From positions 932,726-996,725 of the forward strand of contig MU004198.1 of assembly GCA_010093605.1 (NCBI GenBank): a stretch of DNA of 64,000 bases. Direction: 5' to 3'. This stretch comes from Lophium mytilinum (taxonomy: Eukaryota). Of the stretch, positions 36,446 through 50,245 are shown one piece after another. The position numbers and the translations under genes were made by a program. Below the pieces are notes generated by a model, which was given only the letters and a program-made list of their open reading frames with translations, searched no databases and had not been told where the DNA came from. Each line of letters opens with the position of its first letter. Position 1 is the stretch's first letter.

Positions 36446-38155
36446 TTAGCGTTTACGGAAAGAGTATACGCAGCAGCGAAGCTCTAGCTCAAGGTTTTGA
36501 CGAAAACCCAAGATGCTACAGAACGAGACGCAGAAAGTTTGCGAATTCATGTCGACGTTCGGCCATGAAAAGGGCAAGTGAAGATGCTGTACTGACCTAA
36601 TGCCCTCCGCCTTCACGAAACCGTCCCAAAATAGAATCTGGGCAATGTAATCTGCTAGACCTAGCAGTAATGCAAACACCATCGCAATTGGCACTCTCGC
36701 ATACCACTCGCGCATCCGAGCCTGGGGGTCTCGTGGCCTCGCAGGATGTCTAGCCCGCCATGCTGCGTAGAGCGCTGCTACACGCCTGGAGGGTCTGCCT
36801 AAAGGAGCGAAACCCCGGCGAAGGCGTTGGTTGACTCTAGCAGCAAAAGCGTCGTAGCGTCGTCTCAGCCTCTGTCTTGTTGCTGCGGGTACAATACGCG
36901 AAGGGGTGGTCCAGAGAACCACAACTAAGAAGGCCCATAGTCTTGTCCGAGTCCGCCGACCGGCGTTTCCAAGCGTTGCGATGATCCTTCGAAGCTGAAC
37001 AATGAAGGCCAAAACAAATAGCCACGTAGGAATTATGACCAAGCAGCCCATGACCCACAGGAGCGAACCAATATACATTTGATGTGCGTTCGTACCGTGC
37101 CAGAATTGACGGAGCGTGTTGCGAAGATAGAAATGGCGCTTTACACCTAGATGGGTTGCATTCCAGAAGGTGAACGTCCCAAAACCTTGCATAAGTAGCT
37201 CAGATATTGCGGCTGTTGAGGCAATATCGAGCCACGTGTCACGCGCATGAATGTTCTGGAAAAGCCCTGAGAAAGGAAGACCAAGAACAACCGGTAGCCA
37301 GTTCAAGGTTGGACGTGAACAAAAGAGCAACCAGAGGCGGACGAGTGGTACGTGGTGGTAACCGGAGTAGTGATGAATTTTGTAGGCGTTTGCAAAGTTC
37401 ATCACTACATTGATACCGGCTGTCACAAATCCCATGAGTATGGATTGCGTTACCGGCCCAGGCTTTGAGGCCAAGAAGCGCCAAACCAGATTCCGGCGGT
37501 CTTGGGCGCTTCGTGATATAGCAAGCGATTTGAAAAGCCCCAGTAATATGATACCCAATACAGCCGCAAAATTATCCACAAAGAGGAGACCGATATACCG
37601 TGAAGGGTGCTGGCATTTGACTGCCTTCGAAGCTTTCTGAACGTCCGACGTTGAGTTTCGGGCTTGCACTGTCCAGTTCCAAGGTTGTATCCACTCCGCC
37701 CAGTCGTCCTTCGCCATGTCGTTGTAATGGGCGAATGGCGAGCGCCATTCCGACTGATTACAGAGTGTGCCTATCCAGTCGGCAAGTTCGAATGGTTCAT
37801 TACCAGAAGTGCAGCAGCCACCATTTCCAAAGAATAGCGAAGCATGAGGAATCACCTCGCACATTTGTGTCGCATTTAATACTGGCCACCCAGAAATTCT
37901 GCATGCGACATCGCTGTGACATGAAGAGCACCAGTTCTGGTGGAACTGATCCGTAAAGAGCTTCCAAACATTGAAGCAGCTAGCTTCGGGTAGACATTGA
38001 TCTGAGATCGAGGTAACTTCAGAATTTGAATTACAGCCATGTTTGAAGCATGAAGGCGCGCTATTAAGAAGGGTAGAATACTGCCGATAGGTGACAAGAG
38101 ATCCACAGGAGCTGGCGAGCGTGTGGTGGATAAGTAAAAGGAAGAGTAAGAGCAT
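36446..38155 (-). CDS. Hypothetical membrane protein: signal peptide, Cys-rich ectodomain, multi-TM C-terminal half
   Basis: ATG 38155 MLLLFLLLIHHTLASSC, many Cys, WIQPWNWTV, LWLLFCSRP and AQILFWDGFV. The 3' end is uncertain because of a possible donor GTCAGT at 36596. Confidence 0.75.
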   Translation of the reverse strand: MLLLFLLLIHHTLASSCGSLVTYRQYSTLLNSAPSCFKHGCNSNSEVTSISDQCLPEASCFNVWKLFTDQFHQNWCSSCHSDVACRISGWPVLNATQMCEVIPHASLFFGNGGCCTSGNEPFELADWIGTLCNQSEWRSPFAHYNDMAKDDWAEWIQPWNWTVQARNSTSDVQKASKAVKCQHPSRYIGLLFVDNFAAVLGIILLGLFKSLAISRSAQDRRNLVWRFLASKPGPVTQSILMGFVTAGINVVMNFANAYKIHHYSGYHHVPLVRLWLLFCSRPTLNWLPVVLGLPFSGLFQNIHARDTWLDIASTAAISELLMQGFGTFTFWNATHLGVKRHFYLRNTLRQFWHGTNAHQMYIGSLLWVMGCLVIIPTWLFVLAFIVQLRRIIATLGNAGRRTRTRLWAFLVVVLWTTPSRIVPAATRQRLRRRYDAFAARVNQRLRRGFAPLGRPSRRVAALYAAWRARHPARPRDPQARMREWYARVPIAMVFALLLGLADYIAQILFWDGFVKAEGIRSVQHLHLPFSWPNVDMNSQTFCVSFCSILGFRQNLELELRCCVYSFRKR

Positions 38156-38869
38156 TTTGCTTGTTTTGCGGAGGATCTGACTTAAGAACACTCACAAGCT
38201 CGACCAAAAGATTATTATTAACTACGATGGGGACTTGAGGGTCATCGCCGGTAGATAGCCCTTCGCTTGAAGGATGTTCGATTGCGGCCTGACCGTTCTC
38301 GTTCCCTTCGATCACACACCGGTCGAGGATCTAGAGTATTTTGGGATCAGGCTCTGGCTGCAACTATAGAGCTGAGTCTGAAAGACAATTGTGGCTGGCT
38401 GCGGTGGTGTGGTCAGAAAGGCGAATCGCTGCAAGGCTGAGGATGTGATATTGCTCCTCTGTCCTCGGCATTCTTGGCATCCCCGTCGGGATATGCGAGG
38501 CGAGCAACTAGCGAATGAGATCAAGCTTCAGGCACACTCTTTTCTAAACGAGGTAAAATGGTGGCTGTGCCGCGTGCTGATCAGCCTCAGATTGCGAACA
38601 GAAGTGGCAGCCCGCATGGAGATATTAAGGGCATGTGACTGCCAAGTTCAGCCTCGCGATGATTTAGGATACTATGAGCGCGTGGCGCCGTTTGGCGTGA
38701 AGGCAGCAGCATTTTAGTTGAATCGTAGTATAGGTAGGGGAACTTTGCGGTTTTATCGGAGGCAATACCCATGCCCTGAAGTGTGGCAACTGAAGAGGGG
38801 ATAATATGAATATTATTCCCATGACCTTGACCTACGCATAGAGCTGCCTACCATTGATATTGGTAAAAC

Positions 38870-39728
38870 ATGCTCATCCTCTTTGTAATTCTCCTGGCCG
38901 TCAACGTACTAGCGATTCAAGGGATTGTAGATCCGGTCTCTGCAATCGGTGAACTTCCAATCTGCGCGGTAGGCTGTGTCAGTTCCCGCAAAGTCGAATG
39001 ACGGAGAAAGCTAATGTAATCCAGCAAGCATGCATCACACAGTCTTTCAGCGCCTGCAAATGCAAGCTCACGGACTTCAGCTGTACGCAATCTTCGCTTG
39101 CACATAGTCGTTCTCCGGACGGATGTCGCTAATTATGACAGGCGGATGTCACTGTAGCTCTCTCGTTCCTTTCACAAGGTTGTGCGTGAGTACATCATGC
39201 GCCGCGGCCGATTTGAAACCGGTTCTGGATATTCTGTCCGGATCGTGTCTGCAATATACAAGCATTAGCACAAGTGCCACAAGTTCGAATCCTAGCACCA
39301 AGAGCACACTTGATAGGACAACTACTGGGACTGGAGACTTATCAGCGTCTACTACGACTGCTGTGTCCTTGAGCATACTTCAGGTCACGCAGATCTCCGA
39401 TGGCCAGCTCCAGGTTCCTACCGCGGCCACCGAGTTCGGAACCGCCATCTCTTCCCTTAATCCGATTATAACAAGCGTCTATTCCACACCAACACCATCG
39501 TACTGCTTCTACCCATCCCTATCTCTCTCGAATGGTACGAACACAACCTGGGTAGGGCCTAGCGGGTATAGAACGAATGGAACGGGAGCAACGACGTACC
39601 CGTGCTTGCCTACGGTATCAACGAGTGGAGCTGGAGGAGTTGCTACGAGTGCAGTGTTCGCAATTCTTACGTGGGCAGTGGTCAGTTTGACGGAGACTGG
39701 TGGCATGTTGAAGCTGTGGAGAAGATAG
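38870..39728 (+). CDS. Secreted/GPI-type CFEM-domain protein with a PIR repeat
   Basis: Exons 38870-38968, 39025-39082, 39142-39728. They give a signal peptide, CFEM LPICAQACITQSFSACKCKLTDFSCGCHCSSLVPFTRLCVSTSC...GSC, the PIR motif VTQISDGQLQV, an S/T-rich region and a hydrophobic C-terminus. Confidence 0.85.
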
Positions 39729-40525
39729 AATGAGGTTCGGAGTTTGTATTTAGCGGATTGGGTCATTGTGCCGCAGGGCAAGATCAAATGTTTTATCCTG
39801 GTCGGCAGAGGCTTGACCATTAGACAAGCTTAGTCTTGTGGCGTATCCGGAGTTCAATACTCCGTACGCCTCAAGCAGATGACTAAGCATACTTAATAAG
39901 CTGCCGAGCAGGGGAAGGTGATACTGTATGAAGTGTAGAGCCGACTGGAGAAGCTGGGGCTGACGTTAGGGATGGTCTTGGGCAGGATTGATTGGATTCA
40001 ACGAAGGTAGGCTTTAGGGTATAACATCATCCTTCCAGCGAGGTAAATGGAGTCTGGACACTCAGACCTGCGATGTATTTATGAATGTTATTCCGGGGAT
40101 AATGAACCTTAAAACGATGAACGGGTGTTCAAAATGTGTATGGCATGGTCATAGATATACAGCGCAGTTTACTCTCCGGCGATGCTTTTATATTCGAGAC
40201 TGCTCTCTTGTGTTTGTATGTTGCTAGTGATCCATAATCACGTGACTAAATGCGGCGCTGATATCGGGCCAAAACCGAGACCTCACTTCCGCATCACGAC
40301 CACCTTCTTACGTACCCTTAGTCTACGACAACAATCATCTGGCTTCTGTAACCTCTTACTTGTAGTTGTTACTCAGCGATACGGTGACAAAGATCAACTA
40401 CGCCACAAGTTATAGCCGCCCCAGCCGCTCTGCAGCTGTGCCGCAATCTAATATTAGCAGACTTTCCTGCTTCCTCAACCTCTTCTTTCTCAACAAGTCC
40501 TCTTACATCCTCGTCAACAATCATT

Positions 40526-41552
40526 ATGTGCTACTGCTGGCCCTTGTGTCCAAGACCCCGATTTAAACCTTACACGTATCCATGGACCACATGGGAAGCA
40601 CCGCCGCGGAAGCGCAAAACTTCGAAGTCCCTAGTGCCGCTCTATCCAAGACGTTCGCAGACCCAGTCACCGCTCTTTGGCAAACTCTCTACAGAGCTGC
40701 GAATCATCATATATGAGGCCGTGCTAGGGGATCCTGTTCGACTAATGCATATCCTCCCGTACGAAGACGGATCATATCAAGTAGGCCGTCGCCGCTGTGA
40801 GGACATGGCATCTCCGTATCCAACTTGGCAGCACAAATGTTTTGGAGCGTGGTTGGAAGTCCAGAACAACGTGGAAAACAAAAGAATACAGGTTAAGCAT
40901 CCCTCGAAAGACAACCTTCTTGCTTGCCTTTTGAGCTGTCGTCTTGTGTAAGTATATGTACTCTAATCTCTTATTTCTATGCCGCCTCTCGAAATTAGAG
41001 CTTGAGGCTTGTATCTGTTCTCTCTAGTTGCGTTACTAATCCCAATTCCGGTGTAGGTATGCTGAAGCAATCGACATTTTATACACGGCAAATCAATTCA
41101 GCTTGAAAGGTTCAACAGGAATAGTCGCGATGCTCTCAGTTGTACCAAATCCGCAGTGGCACATGATACGTCATCTGCACATCTCGACCATGTTCTTCAC
41201 CCCAAAAAGATATTACTCAAGAGACGCCGGGCAGCGATGGGACTTCCCTCCAGATGATTTCAACAGGTGGTCCGTTGGCTGCATGGTTTTGCAAGATTTA
41301 CGTGGCCTCTACTCTCTACACGTTGACATCATTGTCCGAGACTCAACGCCGCCCGAGGACCCTGATGCAGTGGTCTTTGAGACCCTGGTGTCAGTTCTAG
41401 GACCGCTCAAAGATATCAAAGCCCCAGTGTTTGAGGTCGAGATTAATTTGCCCATTCCGAACACCGTTCAAACTGCACTTGGTATAACCAATTTCACGCT
41501 TTTGGTTCACGAAAGACCGTACAATTGGGATCTTAACGGGGAGACTTCATAG
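40526..41552 (+). CDS. DUF7730-like hypothetical protein (F-box-like QSPLF..LS.ELR..IY start)
   Basis: QTQSPLFGKLSTELRIIIYEAVLG, and LLACLLSCRLV/YAEAIDILYTANQFS across intron 40948-41056. Confidence 0.8.
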
Positions 41553-41589
41553 GCTAAACGCCATTACTCTGAATGCATTTTGTTCAGAC

Positions 41590-42619
41590 CTAGCCTAGTC
41601 GTACAATGCTCCCATCTTCGTTCACGGTCCTAGGATTGGCTGGATCGTCCATCAATAGGGCCACTATTAAGGCTGGGTCAGCACATGCACATCATCCTGG
41701 GAGCTTGCATGGACCACATACCACTATCGAAGAGTGCAATAGAGTCTGCGTTGTTATCCGCGGCCTTCTTTTTGGGGTTGGTACGACCGTTGACATCTTC
41801 TCCCAGCCTTGCAAGTTGGCCAGCCCACTTCCAACCATATGCAGGCAAGGCTATGACCGGCCTCAAGAAAAAGTCCCGTGGAGTGCTGACCTAGCAGAGA
41901 AGTCAGAACGATAACTGTTAAGCACATGGAGACATAGGAAGGTAAAGTGGGAGAAATCTTACATCGTTCAGGCCCCATTGTCTCTCTCCGTTGATCATCG
42001 CGCTATAGGCGTCTCTACCATGTGTCATTTCGTGTAGAAGGACTTTGTCAAGAAGCGAGAAGGCGTCTGCAATCTCGCTTGTTAGTTTCATCCCATTTAT
42101 TAAGCCGTAATTTCTGTCAGAGCTTGCAGTGGACGTACCGATTTGTCTAAAGTAGCTGTTCTTGCTCTCCACCTTATTGATGAAAGACCTTGCCCACTTC
42201 GTTCTCCTGACAGAATCATTCGTTTTGTATTTCTTATTCTTTATCCAGTCGATGAACCAAGGGCAGAGGTGTATCTTAGTGGGGGAGAAAGCGTCTTTTC
42301 CGTTGATGGTTACGGCTAACGAAAAAATGTTGTCCCAACCCTTGCATGCCCGATCGTTGTAGCGGATCACTTCTTGAGTCGCTAATTGATTAAGGTTATC
42401 GGCATGCTACAAATGGGGAGCTCCGTAGCTCGGGATAGGGCATGGGACCTACTCGGATCTTACTAATAATTCTTAACTGCGTCCACCACTAACAATCTAG
42501 GAGGATTATAAAGTATTATCTACTAGTAGCCATGTAAGCTTTAACTAAATACTTAAGGAATAAAAGGCAATAGGTTTTATAAGCTCTTAAACGTACTATA
42601 TCTTTATACTTAGAATAAG
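41590..42619 (-). pseudogene. 3' part of a secreted zincin metalloprotease gene (HEXXH...NADS, M35/aspzincin-like), cut by a retrotransposon
   Basis: IHLCPWF, DAFSLLDKVLLHEMTH, AYGWKWA, DNNADSIALF. Canonical introns 42138-42067, 41962-41891 and 41721-41664; stop 41590-41592. The sequence becomes RIP-like from ~42450 up to the LTR edge. Confidence 0.85.
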
Positions 42620-43092
42620 TATTATAACCTATAATACTAAGAACTTAATTACTAAGGTATTTAAGAAAGTAAGTAAGTAGATTAGATTAGTTACGCATAA
42701 TCTATATACAGGACCTAGGGGTATAAAAATCTAACGCCTTAGCGTGCTAGATTCCCCTACCTAGCTATAAGATTATAGAATAGAAGGTTATATAATAGAT
42801 TAGGGGGATTATAATAATCTAAGAGAATCTAGATTAAGAAAATTAGAATAATCTATATAATCTATAGATTTCTTAGAAGTTATTTTTCTTATTTAAGTAT
42901 ACTTATTCTTATAGATAGAAATCTTATATTTAACTTAATATTAGTAACTTATACCTACTAATAAGTAACCCTATTTTATACCTAAGATTAATTTACCTTC
43001 TATTCTAAATAATATTGCACCCCTATAAAGACTTAAACTATACTTAGCCTTATATAAGTACTTAAAGAGTATAAAAGAAATAACCTATTATA
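42620..43092 (+). repeat. 5' LTR of copy A
   Basis: TATTATAACC...AACCTATTATA (RIP-altered TG..CA), repeated at 49403-49875. Confidence 0.92.
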
Positions 43093-46000
43093 CTTTAAAT
43101 ACTACTATATTAGAGGATTATATATAAATACCTAATTAAGATAGTACTACTATAGACCTCTTAGAGAAGTACTATCTAAGGCCCTATACTAATAATAGCT
43201 AATATAGCGGGATAAATATAGACGCTACTTAACTAAGTCTAATAGCTAGAACTCTAGAATAAGACTAAGAATAAGAAAATCCTAGCCCTTTAGGGCTACC
43301 TCTAGGCCGTTTAAGGGGAGGTTATAACTAGTAAGGCAACTAGTAGCTATAGAGAATATAAGATAAAGAAACCTAAGAAGTTTTTAGATAATAGAGAAAT
43401 ACTATAAGCCTTCTTAATATAGATAAAGCTATACCTGCTTAATAATAGTAATAACCTTATATTTAAGTTAGATAAGGTCTATATAGTAGTAACCTTCCTT
43501 AAGAAAGAAGCGTTTAACTAGTTTAACCTAGTACTTATAGACTAGCTCTATACTACTAACCTAGTAGAAAGAGTAATAGAGACTAATAATATATTTAGTA
43601 ACTATTAAAATTTTAAAATAGCGCTCTAAACTACCTTTAGAGATATTAATAAAATCTAAACTATAGAATAATAAATTAAAAATCTAAAATAGTATAGCTT
43701 AGCTAGCTACTATACTTTAGAATTTATATAGATATTATTAAAGCTAGACTAGAGAAATAAAGCTCTAGTAGTATAATACTATAGAGGCCTTAAAGAGAAT
43801 ATTAAGAATAAAATCTCTAGAAGTAATAGACTAGTAATAGTCTATAGACTCTAGAAAATAGCTATCTATATTAATAATTAATAATATAAGAGATATATAG
43901 AAAAGATAGACTATAAGGGTCTATAACCCTATATACCTATATATAAAAGAGAAATAATTACTTACTACTCTAGAAAACCTATAAAACTAGACTATAGTAA
44001 ATAATATAAGAAACGCAGGTACTAACTACTATTAGATAAAGAAAAATAGGAATAATATAAGAAGGGCGCGTGCCTATAATATAGAGAGTTAGAATACTTT
44101 ATAAATAAGTGCCCTAAGGGTAATAATAACTAAATAGTAGTAGTTATAATAAAGATACCTAAAGTTAGTTATAGAGCTATATTATAGACTATATACTATA
44201 ATAATAACTACTTTATATACTAATCTAATAAATAGGAATTAGGCTACTATCTACGTGCACCTAAGGGAATGTATATAATAGCTATAATAACTAATAAGAA
44301 GTATATTAATAAGAATAACTCTAGTAATAACTACTACGCTAATATAGAATATAAAGAAATAGAAGTTAACTACCTATTAGAGATAGAAGAATTATTCTAG
44401 ATAATTAGTATACTACTTAAATAGGGGCTAAAGGCTAATAGAAAACTTCTAAGCTTAAAAGTAGATAATAATACTAAACTAGAGTCTCTAAATATATAGT
44501 AAGAGATTAATAAAGTTATATAAATATATTCCCTACTATACTAAACTAATAGAGAATAAGCTCTACTTAGAATAGTTATAAGTAACTATTATATACCTAG
44601 AACCTTTAACCTAGAGTAAGAACCCTCTAGTAAGAAGAAATAAGAAAATTTAGAATAGACTAGCGATAGAGAATTTAGCCTAGCACCTGCTAGAGAACTA
44701 CTAGAACTATATAAACGCAGTACTAGTATTTAAATCTATAGAAGTATATAACCTATAAGAAAAAAAGAAATATATAAATAGAAAGACTCTAGACTAGACT
44801 ATAACTACCTACTTTATAGATAGATATTCTAGCTATCTTATATAGAGGACTAGTATTAAGAGCACCTATTCTATAAGAAGAGCTATAAGTAGTACCTATA
44901 CTAAATAAGATTCTATATTATTATCTACCTAGTATTAGTAAGAGAGGCTAAATACTATATTATAGAAAATAAAAATAAAGAAATAGAAATAGTAATATTT
45001 ATACTAGACCTATAGTACCCTATAGACTATAGAAAAGAATAAGACTAGAGAATCTACTACTAGAACTCTTACCTTATATATTATAAAAAGAAATATGTAA
45101 ACTATTAGCCTTATAAATAGTTAAAAAATAAGTAGGCGCTTAAGCTAAAGAATAGCTAGAGTAGCTAAATAACTAGTTCTTAGAAATAATCTATAGAGAG
45201 TTATTAGCGACTATTACTACTATAGTAGAAATAGAACTAAAGTAAGTAAAGAGAAAAAAGAACCCGGTAATAAAGCCTAACTTCTTACTTATTTCTAATA
45301 ACTAACATATAATTATTAGAGTAATAATTAGTAGAAGACCTATAAGGGCACTACTAAATAGTAGCGCTTAAGAGAACTATATATTCTATACCTTTATTAA
45401 AGAAAACTAGATTCTATAGTAATTAAAAGATAAACCCTATAGATTATAATTAGTAGATGGAAGCCTAGTAAAGTATAGTAGCGGACGCGTAACTATAGAA
45501 ACTTAACTAGGAATTATATAGATTAAAGAATATAAGAAAACTATTAGTATAGATATTATAAGTATAGTAAGATATAATATAATCTTAGAAATATCTTAGC
45601 TAAGATAGTATAACCCCTAAGTTAATTAGAAATCTAGTAAAATATAATTTTAACTAGAAAGCGGACTAAAAGGCACCCTGCGCTAGAATAAGCCTAAGTA
45701 AAAACTAGAGATTAATATAATATCTTTAAGAGGCGTATAGAGAGCCTAAAGAAAAGAATAAATAATAGGCTAATTCTAGTACTAACCTATAAATTCTAAT
45801 AACTAGTAGCTAGCTAAAATAGCTAGAGTACTAGACGTGCTAAGAGTATATAAAGAATTTAGAGGAATCTTCTAGAAAAAGGTTTAGAATGCGTTATTAA
45901 AGCACTAACCTTAGAATTACTAGATACTCTTAGAACTAGGTAAATAACCTAAGTTTAGACTAATCTATTTATTATTCTAGAATAAGCTAGCAATACTTAA

Positions 46001-48739
46001 GGAATACCTAGATAAGAACCTAAAGCGAGGATTTATTTAACTATCTAAATTACCCGCAGGTTACCTAGTAATATTTATTCTAAAGAAAGATAGTAAAATA
46101 CGCCTCTATATAGATTATAGATAGCTTAATAGTATTACTATTAAGAACTATTATCTCTTACTCTTAATCTTAGAGCTAAAGAATTATTTATATAAGGTAA
46201 AATACTTTATAAAGCTAGACCTCTAAGAGGGTTACTACCTTATAAGAATAAAGGAAGAAGAAGAATAGAAAATAGCCTTTAGAACCTAATATAGATACTT
46301 TAAATATATAGTTATACTATTTAGTCTTATAAACGCGCTAGCTATATTTTAAGTAGTAGTAAATACGGCTCTATAGAGTTACCTAGACTAGTTTATAGTA
46401 GTATATCTTAATAATATTCTAATCTATTTAAAGAATAAAGAAGAGTATAAAAAGTATATTAAGAAAGTACTAGAGAAACTTAAGAAATATAATTTTATAG
46501 TTAAGCTAGAGAAATGCAAGTTCTATATATAAAGAGTTAGATTTCTAGAATATATTATTAGTCTAGGTAAGATTAAGATAGAAGAAGCTAAAGTTATATC
46601 TATTATAGAATGGCCGGAACCTAAGAACTTAAAGAAGTTATAGTTCTTTCTAGGTTTAGTAAACTACTATTAATAGTTTATTAAGGGCTACTTAAAGATT
46701 ATAGAACTACTTACTAAACTTATAAGAAAGAATATAGAGTACTAATAGGACCTAGGCGCCTAGGTTATATTTAATAACTTAAAAGTATAGTTTACTTTAA
46801 GACTAGTATTAGTAATCTTTAATCTATAAAAACTAATAACTATTAAAAGTAATATATTAGATAAAGTATTAAAAGCTATACTTAACTAGCTAGATAAATA
46901 AGGGAAGATGCACCCTATAGCGTTCTATTCTAGAAAGCTAAGCCTAGCTAAGCTAAACTATAACATCTATAATAAGAAACTGCTAGCTATAGTAGAAGCA
47001 TTTAAATAATAGAGAGTTTACCTTAAAGAAGCCTTATATATAGTATAGGTGTATATAGATTATAAGAACCTAATCTACTTTATAATAACTAAGAAGTTAA
47101 ACTAATAATAGATTAAATAGTTAGAGAAACTAGAATCTTTTAACTTTAAGATTATATATTAAAAAGGATCTAAGAATACCTATATAGATGCACTAAGTAG
47201 AAGGCCGGACTATATAGTAAAAGACTGTAGTTAAGTACTAATAATACTATAGGAAATTAGTTCTAGAACTCTTAAATTTAACTATATATAGCTAGCGGTA
47301 GCGTACTAAGCTAAAGATAAGAAATAGAAAAAAAGAATTAAGGAAGAGTAAGCTAAGGACCTAGCAAGTTAATAATTGCAAGAAACTTAAGATACTTAAA
47401 AATAGATAGGGCTACTACTATTCTAAGGATAAGTACTTATACCTATAACTCTATAAGATAAGCTTATAAGAAACTTCTATAGCGTACTAGTATATAGGTA
47501 CTAAGAAATTAATAAAATAGTTAAATAACTATCTAGAACCTTCTACTTCCTAGGCATATACTAAGTAGTAGAAAGAATTATTATAGAATATAAATGCGTA
47601 AAAAATAAGTTAGTATAATACGCACTATATAGAGTACTAAGAAGTCTACTAATACCTAAGAAAGTATAGAAATCTATAGTATAGAACTTTATAGTTAAGT
47701 TACTATAGTCTATAGAACCTATAATAGATATAAAGTATAATACTATACTAGTAATTATAGATAGATTAACTAAATATATATACTTTATACCCTACTAGAA
47801 ATTATTAATAGTAGAGAATCTAGCCTATATATTTCTATAAGTAGTTGTTAGCAATTATAGGCTACCTATAGAAATTATTTTAGACTAAGATAAGCTCTTT
47901 ATATTAAAATTCTAGTAGACCCTTATTATATAACTAGGAATAAAGTATAAGCTCTCTATAGCATTCCACCCATAAATAGATAGATAGATAGAAAGGCTTA
48001 ATTAGACTTTAAAATAATACCTATAATACTATATTAATTATAAATAGAATAATTAGGTATTACTATTACTAATAGCCTAGTTTACTTATAATAGCGCATC
48101 TATAGAGATAATAAAGGTATTACTCTTCTATATAAACTATAGTTTTAAGCTAGAGGTATATTAAGAACTATAAACTAGTAATATAAGGGCCTAGAGGGTA
48201 TTACTTTCTTTTAAAAATATTAGAGAACTATAGAAATAGCTATTAATAGATATCTAATTTCTAGTATAAAGGTTAGTATAGTATTATAACTAATATAGGC
48301 GTATTACTTCTACTTTTAAGAGGGGGGATAGAGTATACCTACTCTAAAAAAATATTAAAATAAAATAACTAAGCGGGAAACTTAACTATATTAAGATTAG
48401 ACTATTTAAAATCTAAGATATTATTAGCCTAGTAAACTATAAGCTTAGGCTACTACCTAAAATAAAGATATACCTAGTATTTTATATCTTATTATTAGAA
48501 CTAGCACTCTAGAACGCTAAGCTAGAGAATAATATTAAGGTTAATAATAATAATAAATATAAGGTTAATAAGATTCTAGACTTAAGAATATAGGGTTAGT
48601 AAATAGAGTACCTAATTAAGTAGAAAGAATATAATACCTTAGAAAATATATAGAAACTAGAAAGCTACCTTAGAAAGTACTACTAGATAGTAATATAGTT
48701 TTATTACTAGAATCTAAAATAACCTAGAATAATAGCAAT

Positions 48740-49285
48740 ATTATATTAGCTAACTAGGTAGAATCTATTAAACTAGGCAACTTAATAGAGATAGACGCAC
48801 TAATAGAAGGTAGAGCTTCCCTCTTAATATACTCTTATTCTCTCTACTTAGCCTCTTTATAATCCTCCTCTTCTAACTTCTTAAGAGTACAGAAGCCGCA
48901 TTAAAGCATATCTACTTTATAATACTTAAGTAAATCCTCTTACTTCTCTAGATACTCTACCTTTATAATTACCACTCTTATAGCTTTATAAGTAGTAGAC
49001 TTCTTAGTATAAAGCTTTGCGCAAGTCTAATTAATATAGGCAACTAGAAGAAGTAAGCTAAAAGATAATTAAAAAGAAAAGCTACCTATAATCTACTATA
49101 GTAACTCTACTAGCATTATATTTTATACACCTATAATAGATATACTCCCTATAGTAACCTAAGGCTAAAAAAAGCACCTTATAGTCTAAGAACTACTCCC
49201 AGTAGAAGAAATAAAAAACTATAGAAATACTAGAGAGAGTAATATAGGCACTAAATATAGAGTATTATTTAACCTTATTAGATAT
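48740..49285 (-). pseudogene. Antisense Zn(II)2Cys6-like/coiled-coil ORF inside copy A, RIP-inactivated
   Basis: Mirror image of 51157-~51700 in copy B. The 3' end is approximate. Confidence 0.6.
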
Positions 49286-49402
49286 AGTAGAAGAAATAGA
49301 AGGGTATAATAATACCTAAGTAGTTAGGAAATTACTAGCTATTTATCTAAGACCCTACTATAAAGTAACTTTTAGGCTAAAAGCCTTAAAAAAAGAAGTA
49401 AG

Positions 49403-49875
49403 TATTATAACCTATAATACTAAGAACTTAATTACTAAGATATTTAAGAAAGTAAGTAAGTAGATTAAATTAGTTACGCATAATCTATATACAGGACCTA
49501 GAGGTATAAGAATCTAACACCTTAGCGTGCTAGATTCCCCTACCTAGCTATAAGGTTATAGAATAGAAGGTTATATAATAGATTAGGGGGATTATAATAA
49601 TCTAAGAGAATCTAGATTAAGGGGATTAGAATAATCTATATAATCTATAGATTTCTTAGAAGTTATCTTTCTTATTTAAGTATACTTATTCTTATAGATA
49701 GAAACCTTATATTTAACTTAATATTAGTAACTTATACCTACTAATAAGTAACCCTATCTTATATCTAAGATTAATTTACCTTCTATTCTAAATAATATTA
49801 CACCCCTATAAAGACTTAAACTATACTTAGCCTTATATAAGCACTTAAAGAGTATAGAAGAGATAACCTATTATA
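49403..49875 (+). repeat. 3' LTR of copy A
   Basis: Direct repeat of 42620-43092 of the same length, preceded by a purine-rich tract. Confidence 0.92.
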
Positions 49876-50245
49876 TATAACTATACTACCGCAACCTAAA
49901 TAGATAATACCTATTTTAAAATATAGTATTACCGGCAACTTCTTAGTAAGTATACTAAGTAAATTAAAGACCTCTATATCTAAGATCTATTCTTAATCTA
50001 AGTATACCTTAAGCTAAATATAACTATTCTAGTAGGGTTATATTACAGCGTTAGGCTATAAAGCCTATATACGCTTTTCTTAGAATTCTATAAGAATAAT
50101 ATACTACGCCTTATAGGCGGAGTTAATAGATAACTATTTAGGGATATATCTCTACGCAAGATTAAAGCATATATTATTTATTACGCAAGTCTTTTCTATT
50201 ATTATTAACCCGGCCTCTAATCTTTTATAATTAGTAATCTCTACT

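Larger units (their letters stand above)
42620..49875 (+). mobile_element. Full-length Ty3/Gypsy chromovirus LTR retrotransposon, heavily RIP-mutated (copy A, 7256 bp)
   Basis: 473-bp LTRs. Reversing C>T/G>A changes recovers a CX2CX4HX4C knuckle (44071-44112), protease ALLDSGA (45348), RT VYLDDIL (46401), RNase H HPVAFYSRKL/NYDIHDKELLAIV (~46910-46995), integrase AFHPQTDGQTER (47961) and chromodomain YEVDKILD..YLIKWKGY..ENTWEP (~48558-48660). Purine tract before the 3' LTR. Confidence 0.95.
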
